Below, piece by piece: positions 38,291-47,493 of a stretch of 64,000 nucleotides of DNA. The position numbers and the translations under genes are program-made. The DNA lies in assembly GCA_910577375.1 (NCBI GenBank), contig CAJTLT010000001.1, positions 291,426-355,425 of the forward strand. The letters run 5' to 3'. The DNA is from an uncultured Christensenella sp. Lineage in GTDB: Bacteria; Bacillota; Clostridia; Christensenellales; Borkfalkiaceae. The notes below the pieces were generated by a model. The model ran no database searches. It saw nothing but the letters and a program-made list of their open reading frames with translations, and was not told where the DNA came from. Position 1 is the stretch's first letter. The number at the start of each line of letters is the position of its first letter.

Positions 38291-39229
38291 TTATTTAAAC
38301 AATTTTTTCAGTTTATTTTCATCGCAATTTAAAATTGCATTATCAACTTCTTTTTTTATATCTTCACTTAAAGGCGTTTTAAGTTTATATGTAAATTGCA
38401 CATCTTCCATTTGAGAAAGTTCGTCATCGTATATTTTATTTCCGTCAAAAAATAATCCAAGATTTGAAATTTCATTATTTTCTGAAAGCAAACAATTAAT
38501 AAATTTTTTCGCATAATTATATTTTTTTGTCTCTTTTGTAAAGATTGAAATGTTTTGATACAGGTCATTAAATTCTGTTATCGGTTTTAGTTTAAATGCA
38601 ACTCCACGGCTTTTTAATCTGAAAATATCTCTTTGCGTACCTAAAAGGTATTTGTATTTACCGTTAACTAATTGAACATATGCTCCAGTCGGTTTATCAA
38701 CCTTTGCATCCTTTAATCCGCAAAATATAGCAGCTGCATAAGATAAATTATCAGTTCCGCCGTTTATTATTGTATTATCTTTTGAGCAGTCAGAAAAATC
38801 GGCGTTATCGCTTATACTTAAAATGCAATATCCGCCGCGACACCAAGTATAATAGGGTGTTTCATCACATATGAAATTTTCAATCCCAAACATACCAGCG
38901 CCATAAGAAATAATGTCCGGAATATTTCCCTCAGAAAGATTAAGTCTTGCCGCATCTGCCGTAAGTGCCGTTACTTTGATATAGCAGCTTTTGTCTTTAA
39001 ATATGCGGTCTGCAACCTTTTGCAAGAAATCGGCTCTTGAACCTTTTCCTCCCTCAAAACTGTCGATTTGCCACAATGTCATTACAGTTATATCATCTTC
39101 CCCCGACGCATTTTTATTATCAATAGTTGTTATTATCGGAGCTAATATAAGTATTATCAAACACAAAGCAAAGGCAATTATACGAAATATTTCCTGTATG
39201 CTGATTTTTCGTAATTTGAATTTTAACAT
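38291..39229 (-). CDS. Hypothetical membrane-anchored/exported protein (312 aa)
   Basis: N-terminal TM/signal anchor IIAFALCLIILILAPII followed by a soluble domain. No family confidently recognised. Confidence 0.55.
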   Translation of the reverse strand: MLKFKLRKISIQEIFRIIAFALCLIILILAPIITTIDNKNASGEDDITVMTLWQIDSFEGGKGSRADFLQKVADRIFKDKSCYIKVTALTADAARLNLSEGNIPDIISYGAGMFGIENFICDETPYYTWCRGGYCILSISDNADFSDCSKDNTIINGGTDNLSYAAAIFCGLKDAKVDKPTGAYVQLVNGKYKYLLGTQRDIFRLKSRGVAFKLKPITEFNDLYQNISIFTKETKKYNYAKKFINCLLSENNEISNLGLFFDGNKIYDDELSQMEDVQFTYKLKTPLSEDIKKEVDNAILNCDENKLKKLFK

Positions 39230-39266
39230 ATTATATTGTATTTAACAATACCGTTAAAAATACGTT

Positions 39267-39292
39267 GGGGAGTATCCAATCGAATACTCCCC
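39267..39292. repeat. Strong hairpin in the yebC / 312-aa gene intergenic region
   Basis: ggggagtat-ccaatcga-atactcccc: a 9-bp perfect GC-rich stem with no adjacent T-run. Confidence 0.8.
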
Positions 39293-39453
39293 CGTCCGCT
39301 TATTGAAACACTCTTAAAGTATTTTAACAAGCGAACAATATATAATAAAGCGTAACGCTTGTATAAGTAAATTGTGCAATCACAAATTAATTATACGCAA
39401 GAAATAAAAAAAGCGTGACATAACGCCGCGCTTTTAATATTTAATATAAAATA

Positions 39454-40188
39454 TTATTCCTCTTCCTCAGGTAATTCAACATTATGATACACATCCTGAA
39501 CATCATCAAGTTCATTTAACTTATCCAGCATGCGATTAAAAGTTTCTACCTTTTCCGCATCAAGGGTAATATAATTTTGCGGTATCATTTTAATCTCTGC
39601 CTCAAGGAAAGTTACTCCTTTTTCTTCAAAATATTTTCTGGCTTGAGACCACTTTTCAGGGGCGGTATAAACCTCATAAACATCATCTTCAACAATGTAA
39701 TCGTCAGCCTCAGCTTCAAGGCAATATTCCATCATTGTATCTTCGTCAAGCGCAACCGTTCTTTCTATAACAAAAATACCTTTATTATCAAACATATATG
39801 AAACACATCCGGTTTGCCCCATTTGTCCGCCGCATTTACCCATTGCGGAACGAATATCACCGGCAGTACGGTTTACGTTATCAGTAAGAGTCTTTATAAT
39901 TACCGCAGAACCTGCTACGCCGTAGCCTTCGTAAGTAAGTTCTTTATAATCTTTGTCGCCAAGTTCACCAGCAGCTTTTGCAATCGAACGTTTTATATTC
40001 TCGTTAGGCATATTTGCGGCTTTTGCTTTAGCTATAACGTCCGCAAGTTTTGAGTTAGTATCCGGATTAGGATTGCCCTTAGCGGCAACGGCAAGTTCTC
40101 TGCCTATTTTCGTAAATACAGCGGCGCGGGCAGCATCCGTTTTACCCTTTTTTGCCTGTATATTGTGCCATTTCGAATGTCCTGACAT
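39454..40188 (-). CDS. YebC/PmpR-family transcriptional regulator
   Basis: 244 aa: MSGHSKWHNIQAKKGKTDAARAAVFTKIGRE... is the hallmark YebC N-terminus. SD AAGAGG upstream. Confidence 0.92.
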   Translation of the reverse strand: MSGHSKWHNIQAKKGKTDAARAAVFTKIGRELAVAAKGNPNPDTNSKLADVIAKAKAANMPNENIKRSIAKAAGELGDKDYKELTYEGYGVAGSAVIIKTLTDNVNRTAGDIRSAMGKCGGQMGQTGCVSYMFDNKGIFVIERTVALDEDTMMEYCLEAEADDYIVEDDVYEVYTAPEKWSQARKYFEEKGVTFLEAEIKMIPQNYITLDAEKVETFNRMLDKLNELDDVQDVYHNVELPEEEE

Positions 40189-40195
40189 TATATTA

Positions 40196-40924
40196 TTACC
40201 TCTTATTATATTTTAACTGATACATAGCTATTCCCGCAGAAACAGCCGCATTTAAACTTTCGCAAGATTTATCCATCGGAATTTTAATTTTGTAATCTGC
40301 ATTATTAATTAGGTCTTGGCTTATACCGTTACCCTCATTCCCTATACAGAGACAAAATTTCCCCGGCACAGAAAATTCAAATATATTCTCACCGTTCATA
40401 TCCGCGCAAACAAGTTTAACTCCACTTAAAATATTTAAAACTTCTTCGCTTGTTCCCTGATAAATATTAACAAAAAATATTCCGCTCATGCTTGCCCGAA
40501 CAGCTTTGGGCGCATACGGGTCGGTACAATTTATCAAGTAAATATCTTTAATTCCCGCCGCATTTGCAGTTCTTACAATTGTGCCCAAATTTCCGGGGTC
40601 TTGTAAGCAATCAAGCAAAATACAACTATCTTGCGGAGGTTTTAAATTATTTTGCGGCTTTTTAACAATGGCAAGCACGCCTTGCGGAGTTTTTTCGCTT
40701 GATATAGTTTCAAAAACTTTAGTTGAAACTATCACAGCGTTATTATATTTATCCGCCAAAGATTCCGTACAAACGATATTTTCAATTACACAGCCTGCGA
40801 CAATACATTCGTTTACCGGTTTTATTCCCTCAACAAGATACAGCCCTTTTTCTTTGCGGTGTTTTTTTTCGTAAAGTTTGGAAATCTCTTTAATTAACGG
40901 ATTTGATTTTGAAGTTATTACCAT
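40196..40924 (-). CDS. TrmH/SpoU-family RNA 2'-O-methyltransferase
   Basis: SPOUT motifs LDCLQDPGNLGTIVRTA, IGNEGNGIS and SLNAAVSAGIAMY. Start moved to ATG 40924 because the longer TTG start lies inside the rplT terminator hairpin. Confidence 0.8.
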   Translation of the reverse strand: MVITSKSNPLIKEISKLYEKKHRKEKGLYLVEGIKPVNECIVAGCVIENIVCTESLADKYNNAVIVSTKVFETISSEKTPQGVLAIVKKPQNNLKPPQDSCILLDCLQDPGNLGTIVRTANAAGIKDIYLINCTDPYAPKAVRASMSGIFFVNIYQGTSEEVLNILSGVKLVCADMNGENIFEFSVPGKFCLCIGNEGNGISQDLINNADYKIKIPMDKSCESLNAAVSAGIAMYQLKYNKR

Positions 40925-40933
40925 ATAAAAAAT

Positions 40934-40954
40934 TAAGCCTTTCAAAAAGGCTTA
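40934..40954 (-). terminator. Intrinsic terminator after rplT
   Basis: taagcctt-tcaaa-aaggctta, followed by a T-run on the minus strand. Confidence 0.7.
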
Positions 40955-40962
40955 AAATTTGA

Positions 40963-41313
40963 TTATAATGCCGCCTTAGCCTTTTCCGCAAGTGCGGTAA
41001 AAGCGGGCGCGTCATTTACGGCGATTTCCGCAAGCATTTTTCTGTTGAGATTAATGCCGGCATTTTTGAGTCCGTGCATAAATTTTGAATATGAAAGCCC
41101 GTTAAGCCTTGCAGCGGCATTTATACGTGCAATCCAAAGACTACGCATATCGCGCTTTCTGAGCCTTCTTCCGATATACGCATAATTCAAAGACTTCATA
41201 ACAGCTTCGCGTGCGATTCTGTAAGACTTGGATTTATTGCCGAAATAGCCTTTTGAAAGGCGGAATATCTTTCTGCGCTTTTTGAGCGCGTTTACACTTC
41301 TTTTAATACGCAT
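40963..41313 (-). CDS. rplT: 50S ribosomal protein L20
   Basis: 116 aa: [29 protein letters not shown]...[19 protein letters not shown]. Confidence 0.97.
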   Translation of the reverse strand: MRIKRSVNALKKRRKIFRLSKGYFGNKSKSYRIAREAVMKSLNYAYIGRRLRKRDMRSLWIARINAAARLNGLSYSKFMHGLKNAGINLNRKMLAEIAVNDAPAFTALAEKAKAAL

Positions 41314-41329
41314 TGTCCGTTACCTCCGA

Positions 41330-41530
41330 TTAATCCTTATAAGGAATCATTGCTTTTACGTTGAATTCCTGAGCAGTCGAAACAAGCGTAACTTTACGCA
41401 AATTTCTTTTTCTCTTTCTGTTTTTAGTTTCCGCTTTATGGTTCTTACCGCCGTGGGGTCTTTTAACCTTGCCGGTAGAGGTAAGCCAAAAACGCTTTTT
41501 TGTGCCGCTATGTGATTTCTGCTTGGGCAT
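41330..41530 (-). CDS. rpmI: 50S ribosomal protein L35
   Basis: Start at MPKQKSHSGTKKRF (SD GGAGGA upstream), giving a 66-aa basic protein. Confidence 0.95.
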   Translation of the reverse strand: MPKQKSHSGTKKRFWLTSTGKVKRPHGGKNHKAETKNRKRKRNLRKVTLVSTAQEFNVKAMIPYKD

Positions 41531-41560
41531 ATTTGTATCCTCCAATAATAAAGTTTATAT

Positions 41561-42085
41561 TTAGTTTTTCTCTTTCACCGGCGAGAGCATCATAGTAATC
41601 ATTCTCCCCTCGGCAGAAGGTTTTTTGTCTTGAACAGCTTTTTCGCCAAGCCCCTCGAAGAAGTCCTGCATAACTTTTACGCCTTGATAAGCGCGGGCGT
41701 TTTCACGGCCTTTCATTCTTATGGAAACTTTGACTTTATTTCCGGCTTCCAGAAATTTAAGACATTGCTTTGTTTTAACGGCAATATCGCCTATATCAAT
41801 TGTCATAGAAAGGCGGATTTCTTTTAATTCCACTATCGTCTGATTTTTTCGGTTTTCTTTTTCTCTTTTTGACTGTTCATATTTAAATTTGGAATAATCC
41901 ATAATTTTACATACTGGCGGAACAGCGTTCGGAGAAATTTTTACAAGGTCTAACTCCGCTTCATTAGCAAGCTTTTGGGCCTGAAAACCCGACATTACGC
42001 CAAGCATAGCTCCATCCGAACCTATAACTCTTACTTCCTTGTCGCGAATAGCCTCATTGACGGAATATAAGTCTTTTATAATCAT
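41561..42085 (-). CDS. infC: Translation initiation factor IF-3
   Basis: 174 aa with NEAIRDKEVRVIGSDG and KEIRLSMTIDIGDI. infC-rpmI-rplT operon order. Confidence 0.95.
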   Translation of the reverse strand: MIIKDLYSVNEAIRDKEVRVIGSDGAMLGVMSGFQAQKLANEAELDLVKISPNAVPPVCKIMDYSKFKYEQSKREKENRKNQTIVELKEIRLSMTIDIGDIAVKTKQCLKFLEAGNKVKVSIRMKGRENARAYQGVKVMQDFFEGLGEKAVQDKKPSAEGRMITMMLSPVKEKN

Positions 42086-42224
42086 ATACCTCTCGTTTTT
42101 TTACCCAAAAAATATCGGGTTGCAATAAAACAACCCGATATAATGAAAAGATTAAATAATCTTTAAAATCATTATTGTACCGAACAAAAAATCCATACGG
42201 TGAAAGGGGTTGCCTTTGCTTTAC
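42086..42224 (-). promoter_or_regulatory. Candidate L20-type leader/attenuator of infC-rpmI-rplT
   Basis: A leader of about 140 nt starts at its own promoter and ends in an intrinsic terminator (atatcgggttg-N8-caacccgatat + T-run, 42104..42141). That terminator lies only 27 nt before the infC SD. Confidence 0.5.
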
Positions 42225-42230
42225 TCTTAT

Positions 42231-42259
42231 ATATTACCAATAATTTTATGTTTTGTCAA
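42231..42259 (-). promoter_or_regulatory. Candidate promoter of the infC leader
   Basis: The minus strand reads TTGACA-17 nt-TAATAT, located just after the thrS stop codon. Confidence 0.5.
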
Positions 42260-42268
42260 ACATTTTAC

Positions 42269-44224
42269 TTAAAAAATTGTCTTTTCGTTATCTTCTTTAA
42301 TTACTTTTTTAATAAAGCTTTCAATTTTAACAGTATCTTTAGATTCAACTCCGCGTTTATTAACGTTTACGGTTCCGTCTTCAGCTTCTTTATCGCCTAC
42401 AACAAGAACATAAGGAACTTTATCCATTTTTGCTTCACGGATTTTATAACCAATCTTTTCGTTGCGTTTATCAACTTCGCATCTTATTCCTGCACGCTGC
42501 AATTTATCGGCCACTTCTTCCGCGTAGCTTAAAGTCCTATCCGTGATAGGCAAAATCTTGACTTGTGTAGGACACATCCAAAGCGGAAACGCTCCCGCAT
42601 ATTTTTCAATTAAAAGTGCTAACGTTCTTTCATAACAGCCGATAGAACTGCGGTGAATTACATAAGGCGTTTGTTTTGTGCCGTCGGCATCAACATAATA
42701 CATTTCAAAACTCTCACCTGCTGCAAAATCAATTTGTATGGTAATTAGCGTATCTTCTTTACCGTAAACGTTTCTCGCTTGAATATCAAGCTTAGGCCCG
42801 TAAAACGCAGCTTCGTCGTCAGCCTCAACATAATTAAGTCCTAAATCGTCAAGAATGACTTTCATCATTGCTTCGGTCTTGTTCCATGCTTCATCATTAT
42901 CTATATACTTATCGGATTTCGACTTGCCCCTCTTTGAAAAACGGAAAGTTACGTCTTTTCTCATACCAAGCGCGTCAAGAATATAATAAGACAAATCAAG
43001 GCAACGTTTGAACTCCTCTTCAATTTGTTCTTTTGTACAAATTATATGTCCGTCCGACAACGTGAACTGTCTGACCCTGATAAGACCGTGCATTTCACCC
43101 GAAGCTTCTTTTCTGAATTCGGTAGCAGTTTCCGAATAACGGCAAGGCAAATCGCGGTAAGATTTCAAACCGTTTTTAAAAATCTGATACTGAAACGGAC
43201 AAGTCATAGGGCGCAAAGCCATAATTTCTTCACCTTTTGCACTTTCTCCCTGTTCGTCCACTTCACCGAGTATAAACATTTTATCGCGGTAATGCGACCA
43301 ATGTCCGGAAATCTTATAAAGGTCTGACTTTGCCATATTCGGGGTCTTTGTTACCATAAACCCGCGTTTTGCTTCCTCATCCTCTACAAAACGCTGCAAA
43401 ATTTGCAAAATTTTTGCGCCTTTAGGCATTAAGATAGGCAATCCTTGCCCGACAACGTCGCTTGTCATAAATATTCCGAGGTCGCGGCCAAGCTTATTAT
43501 GGTCACGCTTTTTAGCTTCCTCTACAGTTGCAAGATATTCTTCAAGTTGCGCTTTTTTCTCAAAAGCAGTACCGTATATTCTTGTAAGCATCTTATTCTT
43601 TTCGTTTCCGCGCCAATATGCACCCGTCAGCGAAGTAAGTTTAAAAGCTTTTATTTTACCGGTATTGGGAAGATGCGGTCCGCGGCAAAGGTCCGTAAAA
43701 GAGCCTTGTTTATAAAACGATATTATAGCATCGTCTGGCAAATCGTTGATAAGTTCAATTTTATATTTTTCTCCATACTTTGTCATAAGTTTCAAAGCTT
43801 CTTCACGCGAAAGCTCAAACCTTTCTATAACCGTTCTGGAATTTATTATTTTCTGCATCTCGGTTTCGATTTTTTCAAAATCGTCCTGAGTGATAGGAGT
43901 GTTGAAATCTATATCATAATAAAACCCGTTATCAATTACAGGTCCGATTGCAAGTTTACATGTAGGAAATATGTTTTTAACAGCTTGGGCAAGAATATGA
44001 GCGCACGTATGGCGGTAAACCTCTAATCCCTCTTTATCTTTAAGAGTTACTATCTCAAGCGCATCGTTGTCTTTCAATTTAACAGAAAGGTCGCAAAGCT
44101 CGCCGTTCACTTTTGCAGCTACCGCCATTCTTGCCAAACCTTCGCTGATTTTAGACGCTGCCTGCATACAACTTGCGCCGTTATTTACTTCGATTTTACT
44201 GCCGTCTTTTAATACAATATTCAT
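42269..44224 (-). CDS. thrS: Threonyl-tRNA synthetase
   Basis: 651 aa with a TGS domain, an editing domain (HTCAHILAQA), class II core motifs and an anticodon-binding C-terminus. Preceded by a Thr T-box. Confidence 0.95.
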   Translation of the reverse strand: MNIVLKDGSKIEVNNGASCMQAASKISEGLARMAVAAKVNGELCDLSVKLKDNDALEIVTLKDKEGLEVYRHTCAHILAQAVKNIFPTCKLAIGPVIDNGFYYDIDFNTPITQDDFEKIETEMQKIINSRTVIERFELSREEALKLMTKYGEKYKIELINDLPDDAIISFYKQGSFTDLCRGPHLPNTGKIKAFKLTSLTGAYWRGNEKNKMLTRIYGTAFEKKAQLEEYLATVEEAKKRDHNKLGRDLGIFMTSDVVGQGLPILMPKGAKILQILQRFVEDEEAKRGFMVTKTPNMAKSDLYKISGHWSHYRDKMFILGEVDEQGESAKGEEIMALRPMTCPFQYQIFKNGLKSYRDLPCRYSETATEFRKEASGEMHGLIRVRQFTLSDGHIICTKEQIEEEFKRCLDLSYYILDALGMRKDVTFRFSKRGKSKSDKYIDNDEAWNKTEAMMKVILDDLGLNYVEADDEAAFYGPKLDIQARNVYGKEDTLITIQIDFAAGESFEMYYVDADGTKQTPYVIHRSSIGCYERTLALLIEKYAGAFPLWMCPTQVKILPITDRTLSYAEEVADKLQRAGIRCEVDKRNEKIGYKIREAKMDKVPYVLVVGDKEAEDGTVNVNKRGVESKDTVKIESFIKKVIKEDNEKTIF

Positions 44225-44444
44225 AATTCCTCCAAAAATAAAAAATCCTCAAACGAAAATTCGTTTAAGGACGCAAATTCTTTCGCGCGGTTCCACCTTA
44301 ATTACCCGCAAAAATAACTGCAGGCCGCTTTTTAAAATGTTCGGTTACTAAAAAGTGGTTTCCCGTTATCCTTGAAAATTATGCGGTTTCCAGCTGCCCC
44401 GCACTCTCTGTGAATTTCTCGGCGGTACTTGTCTTTTCCCGAGC
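44225..44444 (-). promoter_or_regulatory. T-box leader (Thr specifier ACC) controlling thrS
   Basis: The minus strand shows AGAGAG (AG bulge) and the distal hairpin TGCGG..CCGCA. It also shows specifier context GAA-ACC-A (ACC at 44357..44359) and the T-box AAGGTGGAACCGCGCG (44284..44299). A terminator cctcaaacgaa/ttcgtttaagg plus T-run follows before the SD. Confidence 0.85.
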
Positions 44445-44450
44445 AATTTT

Positions 44451-44479
44451 ATATTAATACTTTAAATCGGCTTTGTCAA
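44451..44479 (-). promoter_or_regulatory. Promoter of the thrS T-box leader
   Basis: The minus strand reads TTGACA-17 nt-TAATAT, directly upstream of stem I. Confidence 0.6.
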
Positions 44480-44510
44480 CAAGTTTCAAAAGCTTTTCAG
44501 CTAAAAATAT

Positions 44511-44539
44511 TTGCCATTTTAAGCGGTATTCTGTATAAT
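44511..44539 (+). promoter_or_regulatory. Candidate leuS promoter
   Basis: TTGCCA-17 nt-TATAAT, 35 nt upstream of the leuS ATG. Confidence 0.5.
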
Positions 44540-44573
44540 TAATAATAATTTCAGCTTTTAAGGATATTTTAAA

Positions 44574-46982
44574 ATGGCTTACACCGATTTTAACAAAATT
44601 GAAAAAAAATGGATAAAATTCTGGGATGATAATAAAACTTTCCACACCGATTTACATGATTTTTCAAAGCCTAAGTATTATATTTTGGATATGTTTCCTT
44701 ATCCTTCTGGCGCAGGATTGCACGTAGGACATCCGGAAGGCTATACCGCAACCGACATTTTAGCCAGAATGAAAAGAATGCAGGGCTTCAACGTCTTACA
44801 TCCAATCGGCTTTGACAGTTTCGGTTTACCTGCTGAACAATTTGCAATCAAAACCGGAAACAATCCCGACGGATTTACACAAAAAAACATAGCTACTTTT
44901 ACAAAACAATTAAAAATGATTGGTCTTTCCTATGACTGGGACCAAACCGTTTCAACTTGCGACCCTTCTTATTATAAATGGACGCAATGGATTTTTAAGC
45001 AACTTTTAAAAGACGGTTTGGCTCGTTATGTGGAAACGCCTGTAAACTGGTGCGAAGAACTTGGAACGGTTCTTGCAAACGACGAAATTATCGACGGAAA
45101 AAGCGAGCGCGGCGGTTACCCTGTTGTCCGTAAAAATATGAAACAATGGGTAATTGATATTAACAAATACGCCGAACGGTTATTAGAAGGACTTGACGAG
45201 CTTGACTGGACTGAATCTTCCAAAACCGCACAAAGAAACTGGATAGGAAAATCTGTCGGTGCAAGCGTTGATTTTCAAGTTGACGGCACGAATGAAAAAT
45301 TTACGGTTTTTACCACCCGTTGCGATACCCTTTTCGGTGCAACCTATTGCGTTCTTGCCCCCGAACATAAACTCGTTGATAAAATTACCACCCCCGAACA
45401 AAAATCCGAAATTTCGGATTATAAGCAAGCTTGTGCGAGCAAATCCGAATTAGAACGTACAGAGCTCAACAAAGAAAAAACCGGAGCATTTACAGGAACA
45501 TACGCAATAAATCCTGCGAACGGTAAAAAAATCCCTATTTATATCTCTGATTACGTTTTAACTTCTTACGGTACGGGCGCGATAATGGCAGTTCCCGCGC
45601 ACGATACCAGAGACTGGGAATTTGCTAAAAAATTCGGTATAGATATTATCCCTGTTCTGGAAGGCGGCAACATAGAAAAAGAAGCCTACACTCAAGGCGG
45701 AAAACATATTAATTCGGATTTCTTAAACGGTTTAAATAAGCAAGACGCCATAAACAGAATGCTGGATTGGCTTGAAGAAAAGAAAATCGGCAAAAAAACT
45801 GTAACTTATAAATTGCGCGAATGGATTTTTGCCCGCCAAAGATATTGGGGCGAGCCTTTACCCGTTATTCATCTTGAAAACGGAGAAGTACTTATTCTTG
45901 ACGACAAAGATTTACCTCTTGTTCTGCCCGAAATGAAAGATTATAAGGCTCACGGCGGTAATGCTCCTCTTGAAAATGCTACAGATTGGGTCAACGTAAA
46001 TATAAACGGAGTTAAAGGCAAAAGGGAAACTACCACAATGCCCGGTTCTGCCGGTTCAAGCTGGTACTTTTTAAGGTATTGCGACCCGCATAACGACAAA
46101 AAATTTGCCGATTATGAACTTTTAAAATACTGGATGCCTGTTGATTTTTATATGGGCGGCAAAGAACACCTTGTCGGGCATTTGCTTTACTCCCGCTTTT
46201 GGAACAACTTTTTATTTGATAAAGGTCTTGTTCCTTATAAAGAGCCGTTTAAAAAGCTTTATCATCAGGGCCTTATTCTTGGCGAAGACGGCAACAAAAT
46301 GTCAAAGAGCCTCGGTAACGTAATAAATCCAGACGATATTATTAAAAACTTCGGCGCCGACGTTTTAAGAATGTACGAAATGTTTATGGGCCCCGTTGCG
46401 GATAACAAACCTTGGTCAACGGCAAATATCGAGGGAGTTAAAAAATTCATAGATAGAGTTTACAGAATTTATTGCGAACTTGATGTAATTACCACAACAG
46501 CAAACCATAATCTTGATAAAATTTATAATCAGACCGTTAAAAAAGTTACGGAAGATTATGAGGCAATGAAAATAAATACGGCGATATCGCAAATGATGAT
46601 TTTCGTCAATGCAATTTATAAAGAGATTTCAGACGGAAATAAATTCCCCAAAGAATATGCCGAAGGTCTAATAAAACTGCTGAACCCTATAATCCCTTTC
46701 ATTACCGAAGAAATATGGAATACGGTTTTAGGGCACAAAGATACTATTGCCTATGAAAAATGGCCTGTTTTTGATGCGGCAAAATGCGGCGAAGAAGAAA
46801 TCGAATACGCAGTACAGATAAACAGTAAAATAAAAACAAAAATTACTGTCACAGCAGATATGCCCGCAGAAGAAATTGAAAAACTTGTTATAAACCATAC
46901 AGATATAAAACCGCTTATTGACGGGAAACAAATTAAAAAATTTATTTTCGTTCCAAAGCGTTTAATTAACATAATAGTTTAA
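44574..46982 (+). CDS. leuS: Leucyl-tRNA synthetase
   Basis: 802 aa with [16 protein letters not shown] (HIGH) and KMSKSLGN (KMSKS), plus a CP1 editing domain. Confidence 0.97.
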   Translation: MAYTDFNKIEKKWIKFWDDNKTFHTDLHDFSKPKYYILDMFPYPSGAGLHVGHPEGYTATDILARMKRMQGFNVLHPIGFDSFGLPAEQFAIKTGNNPDGFTQKNIATFTKQLKMIGLSYDWDQTVSTCDPSYYKWTQWIFKQLLKDGLARYVETPVNWCEELGTVLANDEIIDGKSERGGYPVVRKNMKQWVIDINKYAERLLEGLDELDWTESSKTAQRNWIGKSVGASVDFQVDGTNEKFTVFTTRCDTLFGATYCVLAPEHKLVDKITTPEQKSEISDYKQACASKSELERTELNKEKTGAFTGTYAINPANGKKIPIYISDYVLTSYGTGAIMAVPAHDTRDWEFAKKFGIDIIPVLEGGNIEKEAYTQGGKHINSDFLNGLNKQDAINRMLDWLEEKKIGKKTVTYKLREWIFARQRYWGEPLPVIHLENGEVLILDDKDLPLVLPEMKDYKAHGGNAPLENATDWVNVNINGVKGKRETTTMPGSAGSSWYFLRYCDPHNDKKFADYELLKYWMPVDFYMGGKEHLVGHLLYSRFWNNFLFDKGLVPYKEPFKKLYHQGLILGEDGNKMSKSLGNVINPDDIIKNFGADVLRMYEMFMGPVADNKPWSTANIEGVKKFIDRVYRIYCELDVITTTANHNLDKIYNQTVKKVTEDYEAMKINTAISQMMIFVNAIYKEISDGNKFPKEYAEGLIKLLNPIIPFITEEIWNTVLGHKDTIAYEKWPVFDAAKCGEEEIEYAVQINSKIKTKITVTADMPAEEIEKLVINHTDIKPLIDGKQIKKFIFVPKRLINIIV

Positions 46983-47018
46983 AAAAATTCCCGCCGAAAC
47001 ATCGGCGGGAATTTTTTT
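46981..47018. terminator. Bidirectional intrinsic terminator (leuS / small membrane protein gene)
   Basis: aaaaaaattcccgccga-aaca-tcggcgggaattttttt. Confidence 0.85.
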
Positions 47019-47024
47019 ACTTGC

Positions 47025-47300
47025 TTACTTATTTTCTTTGTCACACTCTGATTGTTGTTGAAATTGATTTTGCTCTGTAGATTTATTCCCAATAATAACA
47101 TCTGTTAAAATTGAAATATAATATATAACTAAAGATAAAAAAGTTCCAATTCCTTGTACCAATAAACATCTAAAAACTACAACTATATTTAATGGCGCGT
47201 GTGACATCAAAGTATAAAATACTATATATAAAAATATAATTACTGCAATTACTACGTTTACAAGAATAAGTTTAGCCTTTTTTGTTAATTTCTTTTTCAT
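47025..47300 (-). CDS. Small hydrophobic membrane protein (91 aa), unknown function
   Basis: Strong SD AAGGAGGG. Two or three predicted TM helices and a polar Q/E-rich C-terminal tail. Confidence 0.6.
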   Translation of the reverse strand: MKKKLTKKAKLILVNVVIAVIIFLYIVFYTLMSHAPLNIVVVFRCLLVQGIGTFLSLVIYYISILTDVIIGNKSTEQNQFQQQSECDKENK

Positions 47301-47336
47301 TTTTCCCTCCTTGAAAAATTAATTATTTATACCTAA

Positions 47337-47365
47337 AATTTAACATTTCTTGTTTTTTATGTCAA
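47337..47365 (-). promoter_or_regulatory. Candidate promoter of the 91-aa membrane protein gene
   Basis: The minus strand reads TTGACA-17 nt-TAAATT. Confidence 0.45.
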
Positions 47366-47447
47366 TATCTGCCTTGTCCCATTTTTGTCCCGAAAATATT
47401 TTCTATAATTAATCTAAGATAATTTTTTGAAAACCATGTCAAGCATA

Positions 47448-47476
47448 TTGAATTTTTTATTGATATTCTATATAAT
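47448..47476 (+). promoter_or_regulatory. Candidate promoter of the HTH-TM gene
   Basis: TTGAAT-17 nt-TATAAT, 17 nt upstream of the ATG. Confidence 0.5.
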
Positions 47477-47493
47477 TGATTTAAGGGTTTTTT

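Noticed and set aside
40925-40945. Longer TTG start for the TrmH-family gene (ORF track 40196..40945)
   Set aside because: The TTG lies inside the rplT terminator hairpin, so ATG 40924 is preferred.
42200-42532. 110-aa + strand ORF
   Set aside because: It overlaps the infC leader and the 3' end of thrS on the opposite strand. The F/N/I-rich translation marks it as a shadow ORF.
43445-44026. 193-aa + strand ORF
   Set aside because: It is antisense to thrS, so it is a shadow ORF.
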